Source of the DNA: Halorarum halobium
Lineage (GTDB): Archaea > Halobacteriota > Halobacteria > Halobacteriales > Haloferacaceae
Direction of reading: 5' to 3'
Assembly (NCBI RefSeq): GCF_032116555.1
Contig: NZ_CP134949.1
Coordinates: 2,170,001 to 2,234,000 of the forward strand
Length of the DNA stretch: 64,000 nucleotides
The notes below the pieces were generated by a model. The model had not been told where the DNA came from, did not search any database, and was given only the letters and a program-made list of their open reading frames with translations. The stretch's first letter is position 1, and each line of letters begins with the position of its first letter. Position numbers and translations under genes: made by a program. Shown here one piece after another: positions 9,691 to 19,676 of this stretch.

Positions 9691-10689
9691 TCACAGTTCC
9701 AGCCCGCCCTCCTCGCCGGCGACCGCCGCGGCCGCGCCCGCGCCGAGCGCGTAGGCGACCGACGCCGCGCCCACCCCGAACCGCTCGGAGAGCCCGCGCT
9801 GGGGTTCGAACTCCTCGCGGACCGGCTCGACGTCGATGAGTTCGCCGACGCGGTCCTCGGCGTCCTCGTCGGTGCCGAGCGCGGTCACCAGCCCCATGTC
9901 GACGGCGTCCTCGCCGAGGAAGACGCGTGCCTCGGTGTCGCGGACCGCCTCCTCGTCGAGCTCGAACGACTCGGCGACGCGCTCGACGAAGTTGTCGTAC
10001 CACGAGTCCGAGAGCCCCTGGAGGTACTCGCGCTCGCGGGGTTCGAGCTCCTTGAACGGCGCGCCCAGCGAGTCCTTGTACTCGCCCGAGACGATGCGCT
10101 CGTAGGAGATGCCGTACCGGTCCGCGAACTCGGCAAAGCGGGTCTGCGTGAACCGCACGCCGATGCTGCCGACGAGCGAGGCGTCCCGGGCCCAGAGTTC
10201 GTCACAGCCGGAAGCGATCCACATGCCGCCCGACGCGCACAGATCGGTGGCGTACGCGACCGTCGGGCCGTCGAACTCCATGGCGGCCATGCGGATGTCG
10301 TCGCTGGGGACGACCTCCCCGCCGGGCGTGTTGAGCTTCAACATCAGCGCCTCGACGTTGTCGTCCCCGTCGGCGCGTTCGATCTGCTCGACGATCTCGT
10401 CGGCGTCGGGCGTCGTCGGCGAGCGCGGGAGCGGTCCCCCGCCGCCGTCGCGCGTGATGGGGCCCGAGACCTCGACCTCCGCGACGGTGTAGTCCGCGAA
10501 GTACCCGCCGAGGGCGCCGGACGCGAATCTGATCGCCACGAGAACCAGCCCTGCCGTGAGCAGCACGCCCAGCAGTTCGGCGAGGTCGCCGGGGAGCCAG
10601 TACAGGAACACGAACCCGAGCGCCGCGGCCGCGAGGCCGACGACGACGAGCACGAGCGCTCGGACGCCGTTCTGACTTGAATCTGCCAT
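9691..10689 (-). CDS. sppA: Signal peptide peptidase SppA (S49)
   Basis: N-terminal TM helices, 'LNTPGG', 'CASGG', 'VGSIGV', 'GEYKD'. Confidence 0.88.
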   Translation of the reverse strand: MADSSQNGVRALVLVVVGLAAAALGFVFLYWLPGDLAELLGVLLTAGLVLVAIRFASGALGGYFADYTVAEVEVSGPITRDGGGGPLPRSPTTPDADEIVEQIERADGDDNVEALMLKLNTPGGEVVPSDDIRMAAMEFDGPTVAYATDLCASGGMWIASGCDELWARDASLVGSIGVRFTQTRFAEFADRYGISYERIVSGEYKDSLGAPFKELEPREREYLQGLSDSWYDNFVERVAESFELDEEAVRDTEARVFLGEDAVDMGLVTALGTDEDAEDRVGELIDVEPVREEFEPQRGLSERFGVGAASVAYALGAGAAAAVAGEEGGLEL

Positions 10690-10759
10690 ACCCGGAGCAG
10701 ACGCGCCGGCGACGTAAAAACAGGGGACGGATTTCGAGCAGGTGACCGGCCAACCGGCG

Positions 10760-11123
10760 GCGGTGGCGCGCGTGACTCGAACCCCCTTGTGGGGTGAACA
10801 GACGCGCGCGAGGGATGGGTGAGGGAGGCGAGCGAAGCGAGCCGACCGAGCGAATCGGCTGCTCACGCGAGCGATGCGAGGGTGAGTTCCGAGGAGCGTG
10901 CTCCGAGGTAAGGGAGGCGTGTGGCTGCCGTGCGGTTGCGGTGCGGCTGGGTGGGACTGAAAGGGAGCGCGGCGTTCGCGGGCGCTTGCGCTCGTGAATT
11001 CGGGAGAGCGTGCTCTCCCGTACGTCGGCGAACCCCGGTCCCGCAAGCACCGCAGTGCGACCGGAGGGAGCACGAGGAGCGTAGCGTGGGCCGCGAGAGC
11101 CGAGAGCCGCGGGGGCTTTCGAG
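10760..11123 (+). repeat. Full modular intergenic hairpin repeat (modules 1+2 with nested inserts)
   Basis: Colinear with 45148-45406: cgcgcgagggatg, cgaatcggct, gggtgggactgaaaggg, aagcaccgca, gaggagcg, gccgcgggggctttcgag. Confidence 0.85.
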
Positions 11124-11277
11124 AACTGGCTCCCGACGGATCAGTGAACGTAGAATCCAAGCGCCGCGGGGACTTCCGCGTCACCAGCCCGTTACACACG
11201 GGGCGTACCAAACTGCCGAAGCGAAAGCTACCCAACCAACGACAGCCGACCGAAAACGCGAAAATCCGACCGTCCGT

Positions 11278-12201
11278 CTAGAGCAGCCCCGTCTTCTGGA
11301 GCTTCATCAGGTCCTCGGTGTCGAGAGTTTCGCCTTCCTTGAACTTCTGGTAGATCTCCTCGGCCTCCTCGCGTTCCTCCTCCTTCTTCTCCTCGCGCTC
11401 GGCCTTGCGCTCCTGCTCCTCCTCCTTGTCCAGTTCGCGCAGGCGCTTCTGGACGCTGACGAAGTCCTCGTGGTGGCGGTCGGCCGCCTCCTGGGCCTCG
11501 ACGAACAGCTCGTGCATCTCGTCGGCCTCGTCGCGGATCTCGTCGGCCTCGCGGTAGGCCTCGATCATCTGGTTGTGGTGCTCCTGGGCCTCGTCCGCGA
11601 GCTCGGTCACCTTCTGGTGGTGAGTCGACGCCTCGCTACGGACCTCCTCGGCCTCCTCGATGAGCTCCTCCAGGTCGCCGCTCTGCTCGACCTTGCCCTT
11701 CTTCTCGGCGAGCTGCTCGCGCTTCTCCTCTATCTTCTCGATGAGTTCGCGCTCGTCCTCGGTCGAGAGCACCTCCGTCTGCTGTTTGAACTCGAGGTCC
11801 TCGATCTCCTCCTTGAGCTCCTCGATGGATTTGCCCGAGCCGAGTTCGAGGTCCTGTTTCCGCTGCTCGACCTCGTCGAACAGCTCGTTGGCCTCGGCGT
11901 TCATCTCGTTGCGCGACTCCTTGTGCTCTTGAACCTTCTCGTTGAGCTCGTCCCGCTTCTCGCGGTGCTCCTGGGCCTCGTCGACCTTCTCGCGCGTCTT
12001 GGCGTTCAGGTCGTCGCGCTTGGACGCGCGCTCGGAGGCCATCTGGTTCAGATCGTTACGTCGGTCGCGCAGTTGACCGGCGAGTTTGATCAGCGACCCT
12101 TTCGAGCCGCTCTCGAGCTTTTCGTCGTCGAGCTCGACGTTCTGTGATTCCGCAAGCTGGTCAAGTCCGTACTCTTCGAGAACTTCCTCTTTCGTTACCA
12201 T
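11278..12201 (-). CDS. Archaeal coiled-coil protein (COG1340-like)
   Basis: E/K-rich heptads, 'LEFKQQTEVLS', C-terminal 'GETLDTEDL'. Confidence 0.85.
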   Translation of the reverse strand: MVTKEEVLEEYGLDQLAESQNVELDDEKLESGSKGSLIKLAGQLRDRRNDLNQMASERASKRDDLNAKTREKVDEAQEHREKRDELNEKVQEHKESRNEMNAEANELFDEVEQRKQDLELGSGKSIEELKEEIEDLEFKQQTEVLSTEDERELIEKIEEKREQLAEKKGKVEQSGDLEELIEEAEEVRSEASTHHQKVTELADEAQEHHNQMIEAYREADEIRDEADEMHELFVEAQEAADRHHEDFVSVQKRLRELDKEEEQERKAEREEKKEEEREEAEEIYQKFKEGETLDTEDLMKLQKTGLL

Positions 12202-12441
12202 GATTCGTTACCTCGACACCATACTGCTCCGGGTGTGGCGGTCGCTCGGGGAGTGCTGTCGGTCCGGTGTGTGAGAACCCCGTATCATTCAGCGTGCTGT
12301 GCCACGACGCCCCGAAGGCGTTCTGGTACTCACGACTACACGGCTGGCGTACATAAACCCACCGGTAATTCGGCGGGTGAAAACGGGTAGCACACGGCGT
12401 GAAACCCTCGGAAACGCGTGATAACGAGTACCGTGGTTTCC

Positions 12442-13197
12442 TCACACGGCCCGGTAGGCACCCAGCCGAGTCCCGTCCAGCAGGTACGCCTCGCCCCCCT
12501 CGAGCCCGTCGGGCAGGAACGGCGAGAGGAACGACTGGCCCGCGACGTTCACCCACGTGCCCCCGGAGCGCTCGTTGAACGCGGGGAAGACGACCAACTC
12601 GGGGTCGCCCCACTCGTCGATCTCGACCCGATCCGCGAACGCCGCACGCGAGAGCGGGCCGCGGAGCCACGCCCGTTCGACCCGCGTCCCGCCGACCTCG
12701 TCGGCGAGCCTGACAGCCGCGTGTTCGTGGCCCATACACACCACGTCGGCACCGAGGACCGCCGGCGACGGCCAGGTGTGGCCGTGGAGGACGCCCACGT
12801 CGCCGATGCGGCCCCCGTTTGACGGCGTCACCTCGATCCGGTCGTCGAACGCCTCGGCGACGCCGGGGTCGTGGTTCCCGAGCGCGAGCGTCACCGGAAC
12901 CGCGACCGCGTCGAGCAGGTCCCCGATCTCCTCGCGCTCGATCCCCTCGGTCTCGCCGATCCGATGACCGAGGTCGCCGAGCACGACCAGTCGGTCGGCG
13001 TCCGTCCCGGCCAGCAGTCCCAGCAGTCGCTCGCGTCGCTGCTGGGCGGCGCTCTGGAGCTCCACGCCGCGTTCGTATCGGAGGCCGATCTCGATGCCCG
13101 CGTGGTAGTCGGCGACGACGAGTGCCGTCTCGTCGCCCAGATCGGCGGTCGCCGCCGGCGCGCCCGGAACCGGCTCGACGAGCGACTCGGTCGCCAT
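12442..13197 (-). CDS. rpe: Metallophosphoesterase (RPA-operon phosphoesterase)
   Basis: 'ADYHAG', 'LGDLGH', 'GNHD', 'HGH', 'GHEH'; third gene of the rpa operon. Confidence 0.85.
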   Translation of the reverse strand: MATESLVEPVPGAPAATADLGDETALVVADYHAGIEIGLRYERGVELQSAAQQRRERLLGLLAGTDADRLVVLGDLGHRIGETEGIEREEIGDLLDAVAVPVTLALGNHDPGVAEAFDDRIEVTPSNGGRIGDVGVLHGHTWPSPAVLGADVVCMGHEHAAVRLADEVGGTRVERAWLRGPLSRAAFADRVEIDEWGDPELVVFPAFNERSGGTWVNVAGQSFLSPFLPDGLEGGEAYLLDGTRLGAYRAV

Positions 13198-14832
13198 TCA
13201 GATGGACTTCAGCGTCCCCTCGCTGGGCTCGTAGCACTTGCCGCTCATGAGCGCGTCCTGCACGGCGTCGTCCGCCTCGTCCTCGCTCACGCCGAATCGG
13301 TCGGCGGCGGTCGCCACGACCTCGGCGCGGTCCGCGCCGTCGCCGTCGTCGAGTTCGTCCATCAGGTCGAGAACGGCGTCCTCGACGTCGACGTCCCCGG
13401 CCGCCTCGCCCGCGTCGGTCGTTCCATCCTCGCTCGACTCGGTCGCATCTCCGTCGGTCGCCGCCTCCGCCTCGTCGTCGCCTTCGGCCGGCTCGGCACC
13501 GGCTTCGGGCGCTTTCGCACCGGTCTCCGGTTCGGGCGTCTCGATGCCGGCCTCGCCCGCGTCGGGGACGTCGCTTCCCGAGGAGAACTCGACGCCGTGC
13601 TCCTCCTCGACCTCGCGGCGTTCCTCGTCGGAGACCGCGTCCTCGAAGTCGCCCAGGTCCTCGTCGTCGAAGTCGCCCAGCGCGGCGTCCTCGTCCGTGT
13701 CAGCGTCGACGTCGGGTTCAGCGGCCGACCCCTCGGACTGCTCGGCCGCATCCGCGGTCGGTTCCTCGGGATCGGGATCGGGGTCGGGGTCGGTTTCGGG
13801 CTCCGGACCGGCGTCTCCTCCGACGTCCGTCCCCGACCCGGTGTTCGCGTCGGCAGCGTCGCCGGTGGTCGCAGTCGAACTGGCGGCGTCGGCACCGCCG
13901 GTCGTCGCGGCCGCCCCCGCCGGCTCCGCGGCTTCGTCCGCTCCCGCGTCGGGCTCGGAGTCGGCCTCGGCAGCCGGTTCGTCCGGCGCGTCCGTCGGTT
14001 CGGCCTCGGCGGGCTCCGCTTCCGCCGGCTCCGACTCCGACGGTTCCGCCTCGCTCGCCCGCCCGGGAGCCGCGGAGAGGTCGAGCCCGTGATCCGGAAG
14101 CGGGCCGACCTCGGCCGGGCCCGAGGCGTCCGGTTCGGTCGACAGCGCGCGGGCCTCCTCGCGCTCATCGGCGACCACTTCGAGCGCGTCGACCGCGAGT
14201 CGGCGGACCGCCTCGACGTACGCCGGCGTCGTGCCGTAGTGCTCCAGCGCGCGCGGAATCCCGGTCGCGAGCTGTTCGGGCGCGCCGGCGGCCTCGAGCC
14301 GCGTCTCCAGCGCGTCGCCGCGCTCGTCGAGTTCCAGCGCGGCCGCGAGCACCGCCAGCCTGTCGAGCGTCGCCTCCGCGGTCGAGACCGTCCAGCGGTC
14401 GCGCGTGTCCGCGTCGACCTCGCTCACGCTCTCCGGGCGGACCGACGTGTAGACGACGTCCGCGTCGTCGGGTTCGAAGGTGCGGGCCTTCCCGGTGAGC
14501 GCGACGAACGCCGGCGGCGTGGTGCGCTCGAGGAACGCGAGTTCCTCCGGCTGGTACTGGCCGGCGTAGGTGACGAACGCGCCGGTCGGGTCGACGACCC
14601 GCCCGCGGACCGTCTCCTCGTTCACCGACTCGACCTCGGTGAGCACGCCGACCGCGAACAGGCGATTCACCCGGAGGCCGGTCGGGGTGACGACGTAGTT
14701 CGGGGCGCGCTCCTCGTCGCTCTCGGAGTACTCCAGCGAGGCGTCGTCGAACTCGGCGGCGAACAGCCGGTGGGCGACCTCGCGGGTTCCGGGGCCGGAG
14801 TCGTCGTCACCGCCGTCGTCGTTCGAACTCAC
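13198..14832 (-). CDS. rpap1: RPA-associated OB-fold protein with long acidic linker and C-terminal wHTH
   Basis: 'REVAHRLFAAEF', 'APNYVVTPTG', 'YAGQYQPE', C-terminal 'GKCYEP'; overlaps the rpa stop. Confidence 0.85.
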   Translation of the reverse strand: MSSNDDGGDDDSGPGTREVAHRLFAAEFDDASLEYSESDEERAPNYVVTPTGLRVNRLFAVGVLTEVESVNEETVRGRVVDPTGAFVTYAGQYQPEELAFLERTTPPAFVALTGKARTFEPDDADVVYTSVRPESVSEVDADTRDRWTVSTAEATLDRLAVLAAALELDERGDALETRLEAAGAPEQLATGIPRALEHYGTTPAYVEAVRRLAVDALEVVADEREEARALSTEPDASGPAEVGPLPDHGLDLSAAPGRASEAEPSESEPAEAEPAEAEPTDAPDEPAAEADSEPDAGADEAAEPAGAAATTGGADAASSTATTGDAADANTGSGTDVGGDAGPEPETDPDPDPDPEEPTADAAEQSEGSAAEPDVDADTDEDAALGDFDDEDLGDFEDAVSDEERREVEEEHGVEFSSGSDVPDAGEAGIETPEPETGAKAPEAGAEPAEGDDEAEAATDGDATESSEDGTTDAGEAAGDVDVEDAVLDLMDELDDGDGADRAEVVATAADRFGVSEDEADDAVQDALMSGKCYEPSEGTLKSI

Positions 14833-16130
14833 GTTCTCACCTCCCCGGAGTCATCCGGGCCGGGTCGGGCACCCACCCCTTCGAGCGCGGCCTTCGCACG
14901 TTCGGCCGGGTCGTCCCCGCTCGATTCGAACTCGCTCGCGTCGAGGTTCGCGCCGTACTCGTCGACCGAGAGGTGGCCGCGGACGCGGTACTCGCGCCCG
15001 ACGAGTTTCCCCCGCACGTCCTCGGCGACGACCTCGCGGCTCATCGCCTCACGCGCGGCCTCGAGGGCGTCCTCGAGGGTGCCGCCGTACACGTCCTCGG
15101 TGATGTCGCGGTCGAGGATGGCGGTGACGGTGGCGGTGCCGTCGTCGAGGATGGCCTTCACGCGGAGGTCGTCCTCCGGGTCGACCTGCCCGTGGCTGCG
15201 GCACTGTCCGTTCTGGACGAGTCGCCCGCAGTCGGGACAGCGTTCGATGAGCCCCGAGCCGTCACGGACCTCGAGCACGTTGCCGGTCACCTCGACGTCG
15301 TACATCCCGCCCGAGCCGATCGCCTCGCCGATGGCGACGCGTGGCGCCTCGTCGGTCACCTCGACCGAGGCCCCGGCGACGGTCGTGAACTCGGTGAGGT
15401 TGATGGAGGGGACGCCGCGGAACTCGCGGACGTACACGTCCTCGATGCGGAGTTCCGCGCCCTCCTCGACCGCCGGCGTCGGGTCCCAGTCGGTGAACGG
15501 GAGCCGGGCGGTCTCGTCGCCGAGCACGCCCGAGAGGATGGTGGTCTCGCCGTCCCGGCCGTCGATGACGCGCTCCTCGACCTCCATCACGCGCGCCTCG
15601 ACGGTCAGGCCGCGGTCGCCCGCCTCGACGTCGATGAGGTCGCGCTCGCCGCCGACGTCGTACGGGACCTCGAGCGGCTCCGACTCGAGCGCGACGGAGG
15701 AGGACTGGCCCATGTTGAGTTCGGGCCGACCCTCCCACTCGCGCACGCCGGCGTTGCCGACGGTGACGGTGTCGCCCGGTTCGAAGCCGAAGTCCTGCCA
15801 GGCGGTGTAGCTGATCGTCCCCGTATCGTCGGCGAGTCTCCCCTCACGGATGGTCGTGTCGTCGCCCTGGTAGCGGATGCTCCGTGTCCCGACGGTCAGC
15901 ACGCGCGCCGTGACGCTCACGTTGCCCGAGTCGGTCGTGACGTCCGCGACGTCGACCGACGTGGGCGAGGCGTCGCCGCCGCCACCGCCGCCGTACTTCC
16001 GGCGGACCGACTGCTTCGCCTCGTCGATGGGGACGCTGTACTCCAGTAGGTTCTGCAAGTCCTGCTTGACCTCCGTTTTGTCTTCGCCGAGAGCGGAGGC
16101 GAGCTCCTCGGCGTGTTTGTCGACGTCCAT
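14829..16130 (-). CDS. rpa1: Replication protein A (multi-OB fold, Zn finger)
   Basis: Repeated OB motifs (DDTGTI, GDETARL, DDGTAT) and CxxC..C.xH; rpa-rpap-rpe order as known from Haloferax. Confidence 0.88.
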   Translation of the reverse strand: MDVDKHAEELASALGEDKTEVKQDLQNLLEYSVPIDEAKQSVRRKYGGGGGGDASPTSVDVADVTTDSGNVSVTARVLTVGTRSIRYQGDDTTIREGRLADDTGTISYTAWQDFGFEPGDTVTVGNAGVREWEGRPELNMGQSSSVALESEPLEVPYDVGGERDLIDVEAGDRGLTVEARVMEVEERVIDGRDGETTILSGVLGDETARLPFTDWDPTPAVEEGAELRIEDVYVREFRGVPSINLTEFTTVAGASVEVTDEAPRVAIGEAIGSGGMYDVEVTGNVLEVRDGSGLIERCPDCGRLVQNGQCRSHGQVDPEDDLRVKAILDDGTATVTAILDRDITEDVYGGTLEDALEAAREAMSREVVAEDVRGKLVGREYRVRGHLSVDEYGANLDASEFESSGDDPAERAKAALEGVGARPGPDDSGEVRT

Positions 16131-16420
16131 CGCTCCGAGCTAGTTCGGGACGGCTGTTAAACTCTCCGTGCCGTTTCGGCGGTGCCTGGGGTGAACGGTG
16201 GTCGGCTACAGGAGCCGATGTCGGTGTCACGGCACCACCGACGTTCTCGATGGTCGCCCCGCGCCACGGAGTCGTCCACGGAGACAGTCGGAACGGTCTG
16301 GCGGGCGACCGTCACCGCCAGCGGGTTCCGGGACGGTTTCGCCGTCGCAGCCACCAGGACGCCGACGTCGACCGGCTCGCCCGACCGTACGTTTACGTCA
16401 CCTCCCGCAGACCCTCGTCC

Positions 16421-17197
16421 ATGTCCATCGAGGAACGGTTCTCCGTCGACGGAACCACGGCAATCGTCACCGGCGCGTCGAGCGGCATCGGGAAGGCCAT
16501 CGCCGAGACGTTCGCGGCCGACGGCGCGGACGTCGTGGTCTGCTCGCGCGAGCAGGGGAACGTCGACCCGGTCGCCGACGCGATCAACGACCGGGACGGC
16601 GGCCGGTGTCTCGCCGTCGAGTGCGACGTGACCGACGCCGGGGCGGTCGGCGCGCTCGTGGACGCGACCGTCGAGGAGTTCGGCGGGCTGGACTGTCTCG
16701 TCAACAACGCGGGCGCGTCGTTCATGGCGCCCGTCGAGGACGTCTCCGAGAACGGCTGGAAGACCATCGTCGACATCAACCTCCACGGCGCGTACCACTG
16801 CGTCCGGGCCGCCGCGGATCACCTCGCGGACGGCGGCGGCACAGTCATCAACGTCGCGTCGGTCGCCGGCCAGCGCGCCGCGCCGTACATGAGCCACTAC
16901 GGCGCGGCGAAGGCGGGCCTGGAGAACTTCACGAAGACGCTCGCCGTCGAGTGGGCGGGCCGCGACGTGCGCGCGAACTGTCTCGCGCCGGGCTACGTGG
17001 CGACGCCGGGCGTCGAGTCACAGATGGGCGTCTCCGCCGAGAACGTCGAGCGGAGCGAGGTCGACCGCCGGATCGGCACGAGCCAGGAGATCGCCGACGT
17101 CGCGCGCTTTCTCGCGGCCGACGCCTCCTCGTATCTCACCGGCCAGACCGTGACCGCCGAGGGCGTCCCGCCGGGCGAGGAGTTGCCCGAGGCCTAA
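16421..17197 (+). CDS. SDR family oxidoreductase
   Basis: TGASSGIG, NNAG, YGAAK. Confidence 0.93.
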   Translation: MSIEERFSVDGTTAIVTGASSGIGKAIAETFAADGADVVVCSREQGNVDPVADAINDRDGGRCLAVECDVTDAGAVGALVDATVEEFGGLDCLVNNAGASFMAPVEDVSENGWKTIVDINLHGAYHCVRAAADHLADGGGTVINVASVAGQRAAPYMSHYGAAKAGLENFTKTLAVEWAGRDVRANCLAPGYVATPGVESQMGVSAENVERSEVDRRIGTSQEIADVARFLAADASSYLTGQTVTAEGVPPGEELPEA

Positions 17198-17370
17198 ACC
17201 GCGATGCTCGCCAGGACCATCGCGGCCATCGCCGTCACGGTGAGGACGGTGAGGGACGCGAGCCCCAGGCGAACGCGGGCGGTCGTCGTCGCGCTCATGG
17301 ACGAGCGGTTCCGCCGATCCCTTAAAAATCCGCGCCGCCAGTTATCGCGTCTGAGTTCCGGACGCGCCGA

Positions 17371-18009
17371 TCACGACCCCTCGACGAGCCGTTCGAGGTG
17401 TGACGGCGGCACGGCACCCCGGGCCGTGCGTCCGTCGGCGACGAACGTCGGGACGCCCGTGACGCCACGCTGGCGGGTCTCCTCGAACCGCGACCGGAGC
17501 TCGGCTGCCAGTTCTTCGTCCTCGGTCGCGGCGCGGATCGGGTCGGGGTCGAGCCCCGCGTCGGCCGCGAGATCCGCGAGCACGTCGACGTCACCGATCT
17601 CCCGCCCCTCGGTCCAGTAGGCGTCGATGACGGCGTCGTAGAACGCCCGGAACGTCGCGGCGTCGTGCTCGCGTTTCACGAACAGGGCCGCCTGCTGGGC
17701 GTCCCAGGAGTCCACGTCGGGCGTCCCGTCGAGGTCGAGCATCTCCTCGGCACCGTACTCCTCCCTGAGTCGGGCGACGTTCTCGCGGACCTGCTCGAAG
17801 TACGCCTCGTCCTTGCCGTCGTCGACCGAGTCGTCGATCTCGCCGTCCGGGCCGCGTTTTTGCGCCCGCAGGTCGAAGAATCGCCAGTCGACCTCGAGGT
17901 CCGCCTCCCGACCGTCGCGATAGCGGTTCAACGACGCGCGCCCGAGATAGCAGAACGGGCAGACGAAGTCGGCGTAGACGGCCACGGTCTCGGACTGGTT
18001 CGTGCTCAT
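17371..18009 (-). CDS. DsbA/FrnE family thioredoxin-fold protein
   Basis: 'DFVCPFCYLG', 'GVTGVPTF'. Confidence 0.88.
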   Translation of the reverse strand: MSTNQSETVAVYADFVCPFCYLGRASLNRYRDGREADLEVDWRFFDLRAQKRGPDGEIDDSVDDGKDEAYFEQVRENVARLREEYGAEEMLDLDGTPDVDSWDAQQAALFVKREHDAATFRAFYDAVIDAYWTEGREIGDVDVLADLAADAGLDPDPIRAATEDEELAAELRSRFEETRQRGVTGVPTFVADGRTARGAVPPSHLERLVEGS

Positions 18010-18122
18010 CACCGGACGCTCGGTCCCCCGGCCGGGAAAAGCCCGCCCGCTCGTGGGCCCGCGGCGCACGGGCGTCTTCCGTGACCGACGGTCTTTTGCC
18101 ACCTGACCGTTCAGTCAGGGTC

Positions 18123-18587
18123 ATGGGCGAGACACGTTCCCCGAAGCGCCCGTGGCTGGCGGCCGTGCTCGCGCTCGCGGTGACGGGCCTCGGCCACGCC
18201 TACCTCCGGCGCTGGGGCCGCGCGTTCGGCTGGCTGGCGCTGGTGTACGCCGCGCTCGCGCTGTTCGTCCCGCCGGAGGCCGTGACGGCCGCGTCCGAGG
18301 GGTTGCGTGGCGGGTCGATGACGCTCCCGGCGTCGGTCGACCCGCTCGTGTTCCTCCCGCCGCTCATCGCGGCGCTGGGGAGCGTCGCGGACGCGTACCT
18401 GCTCGCGCGGGCCGACCGGGACGCCGCGCTCCGCGCGAACGACGCCGAGGATCACCGAACCTGTCCGAACTGCGGTCGGGAGGTCGACGAGGCGATCGAC
18501 TTCTGCCAGTGGTGTACGACGCGGCTCGTCGATCCGGCCGGGGAGGCCGACGAGGACGAGCCCGGCCAGCGGGGGCGCGCGGAGTGA
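18123..18587 (+). CDS. Membrane protein with C-terminal zinc ribbon
   Basis: 'PWLAAVL..GLGHAYL' TM motif; CPNC...CQWC. Confidence 0.8.
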   Translation: MGETRSPKRPWLAAVLALAVTGLGHAYLRRWGRAFGWLALVYAALALFVPPEAVTAASEGLRGGSMTLPASVDPLVFLPPLIAALGSVADAYLLARADRDAALRANDAEDHRTCPNCGREVDEAIDFCQWCTTRLVDPAGEADEDEPGQRGRAE

Positions 18588-19201
18588 CGGGGTCGGAACC
18601 GACCACCGACGGGCCCTCGGAGACGGAGCGACAGATCATGGAGGCGACGTTCCGCGCCCTCTGTGAACACGGCTACGCCGACCTCTCGATCGCGAAGATC
18701 GCCGAGAAGTTCGACAAGAGCAAGTCGCTGCTGTACTATCACTACGACTCGAAGGACGACCTGCTGGCGGCGTTTCTCGGCTTCGCGATCGACCACGTCC
18801 TCGCCGACCTGGAGGCGGAAGCCGGCGAGGACCCGATGGCGTCGCTCCACGCGCTGGTCGACACGGCGTTGCCGCCGGAACCGCCCGGGGACGCTGCCCA
18901 GGGCCAGCGCGCGCTGACGGAGCTCCGGATGCAGGCCGTCACCGACGAGGCGTTCCGGGAACGGATGACCAGGCAGGACGAACGGCTCGTGACCCACGTG
19001 CACGAGTTGCTCACGCAGGCGGCGGACGCCGGACTCGTCGAGGACACTGACCTCGACCGCGCGGCCGAACACGTGCAGGCGACCCTCGCGGGCGGGATGT
19101 TCGGCCGCGCGACCACCGACCGGCCCGAGGCGGCTGCCGCGATCCGGGAGTCGCTCCACGACTACCTCGACGGGCTGTGCGTTCCCGCTGAGGACGACTG
19201 A
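18584..19201 (+). CDS. TetR/AcrR family regulator
   Basis: 'GYADLSIAKIAEKFDKSKSLLYYHYDSKDDL' HTH; GTG overlapping the upstream stop. Confidence 0.88.
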   Translation: MTGSEPTTDGPSETERQIMEATFRALCEHGYADLSIAKIAEKFDKSKSLLYYHYDSKDDLLAAFLGFAIDHVLADLEAEAGEDPMASLHALVDTALPPEPPGDAAQGQRALTELRMQAVTDEAFRERMTRQDERLVTHVHELLTQAADAGLVEDTDLDRAAEHVQATLAGGMFGRATTDRPEAAAAIRESLHDYLDGLCVPAEDD

Positions 19202-19320
19202 GCGGCGTCCCCGGGACGGAACCGCGGACGCCGACCCCCCACCGAACTCCTTCCGATTGCTGGGATGTCGTCGCTCGCGCCGGCCCAACAGTTATCGCCG
19301 ACGCTCCGGTGTGCTCTCAC

Positions 19321-19650
19321 ATGAAGCCGACGCGACGCGGAACCGCGGCGTCGACGAGGGCGGCCGCGGCCCTCCTGCTCCTGCTTGCCGGCTCCGCCGT
19401 CGGCGTCCGGTTCGGCTGGCAGTACGCGGTCTCGGCGGCGGTCGTCGTCGGTCTCGCCGCCGCAGCCGTGTCGGCGGTGCGTGGTTCCCGATCCGACGAC
19501 GGGGGCGACTCCGGCACCGTCTGGGACGCGATCCCCTCCTGGCAGTACTCGGGCCGGCACGCCGAGTCGGGCGGGCTGACCCGTGACGAGCAGGAGAGCG
19601 CGCTCCGGGACGTCCAGGAGGAGGCCGACAGGCGCGAGCGTCGCCGGTAG
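19321..19650 (+). CDS. Hypothetical membrane protein
   Basis: Two TM segments, then 'WDAIPSWQY.GRHAESGGL'. Confidence 0.7.
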   Translation: MKPTRRGTAASTRAAAALLLLLAGSAVGVRFGWQYAVSAAVVVGLAAAAVSAVRGSRSDDGGDSGTVWDAIPSWQYSGRHAESGGLTRDEQESALRDVQEEADRRERRR

Positions 19651-19676
19651 CCGGACGCGACGACGCGGCTCCCGCG

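Noticed and set aside
10690..11235. ORFs across the repeat (SppA extension; likewise ORFs at 44612-45492)
   Set aside because: Arg/Ser/Pro-rich translations of non-coding repeat, unlike the acidic proteome
13400..14100. Long acidic low-complexity tracts in Rpap1 (and in MutL)
   Set aside because: Ordinary haloarchaeal linkers; no intein or insertion signatures
12871..15810. 979-aa plus-strand ORF and other long shadow ORFs (e.g. 19890-22097, 37815-39947, 62443-63987)
   Set aside because: Antisense or off-frame shadows of real genes caused by high-GC codon bias
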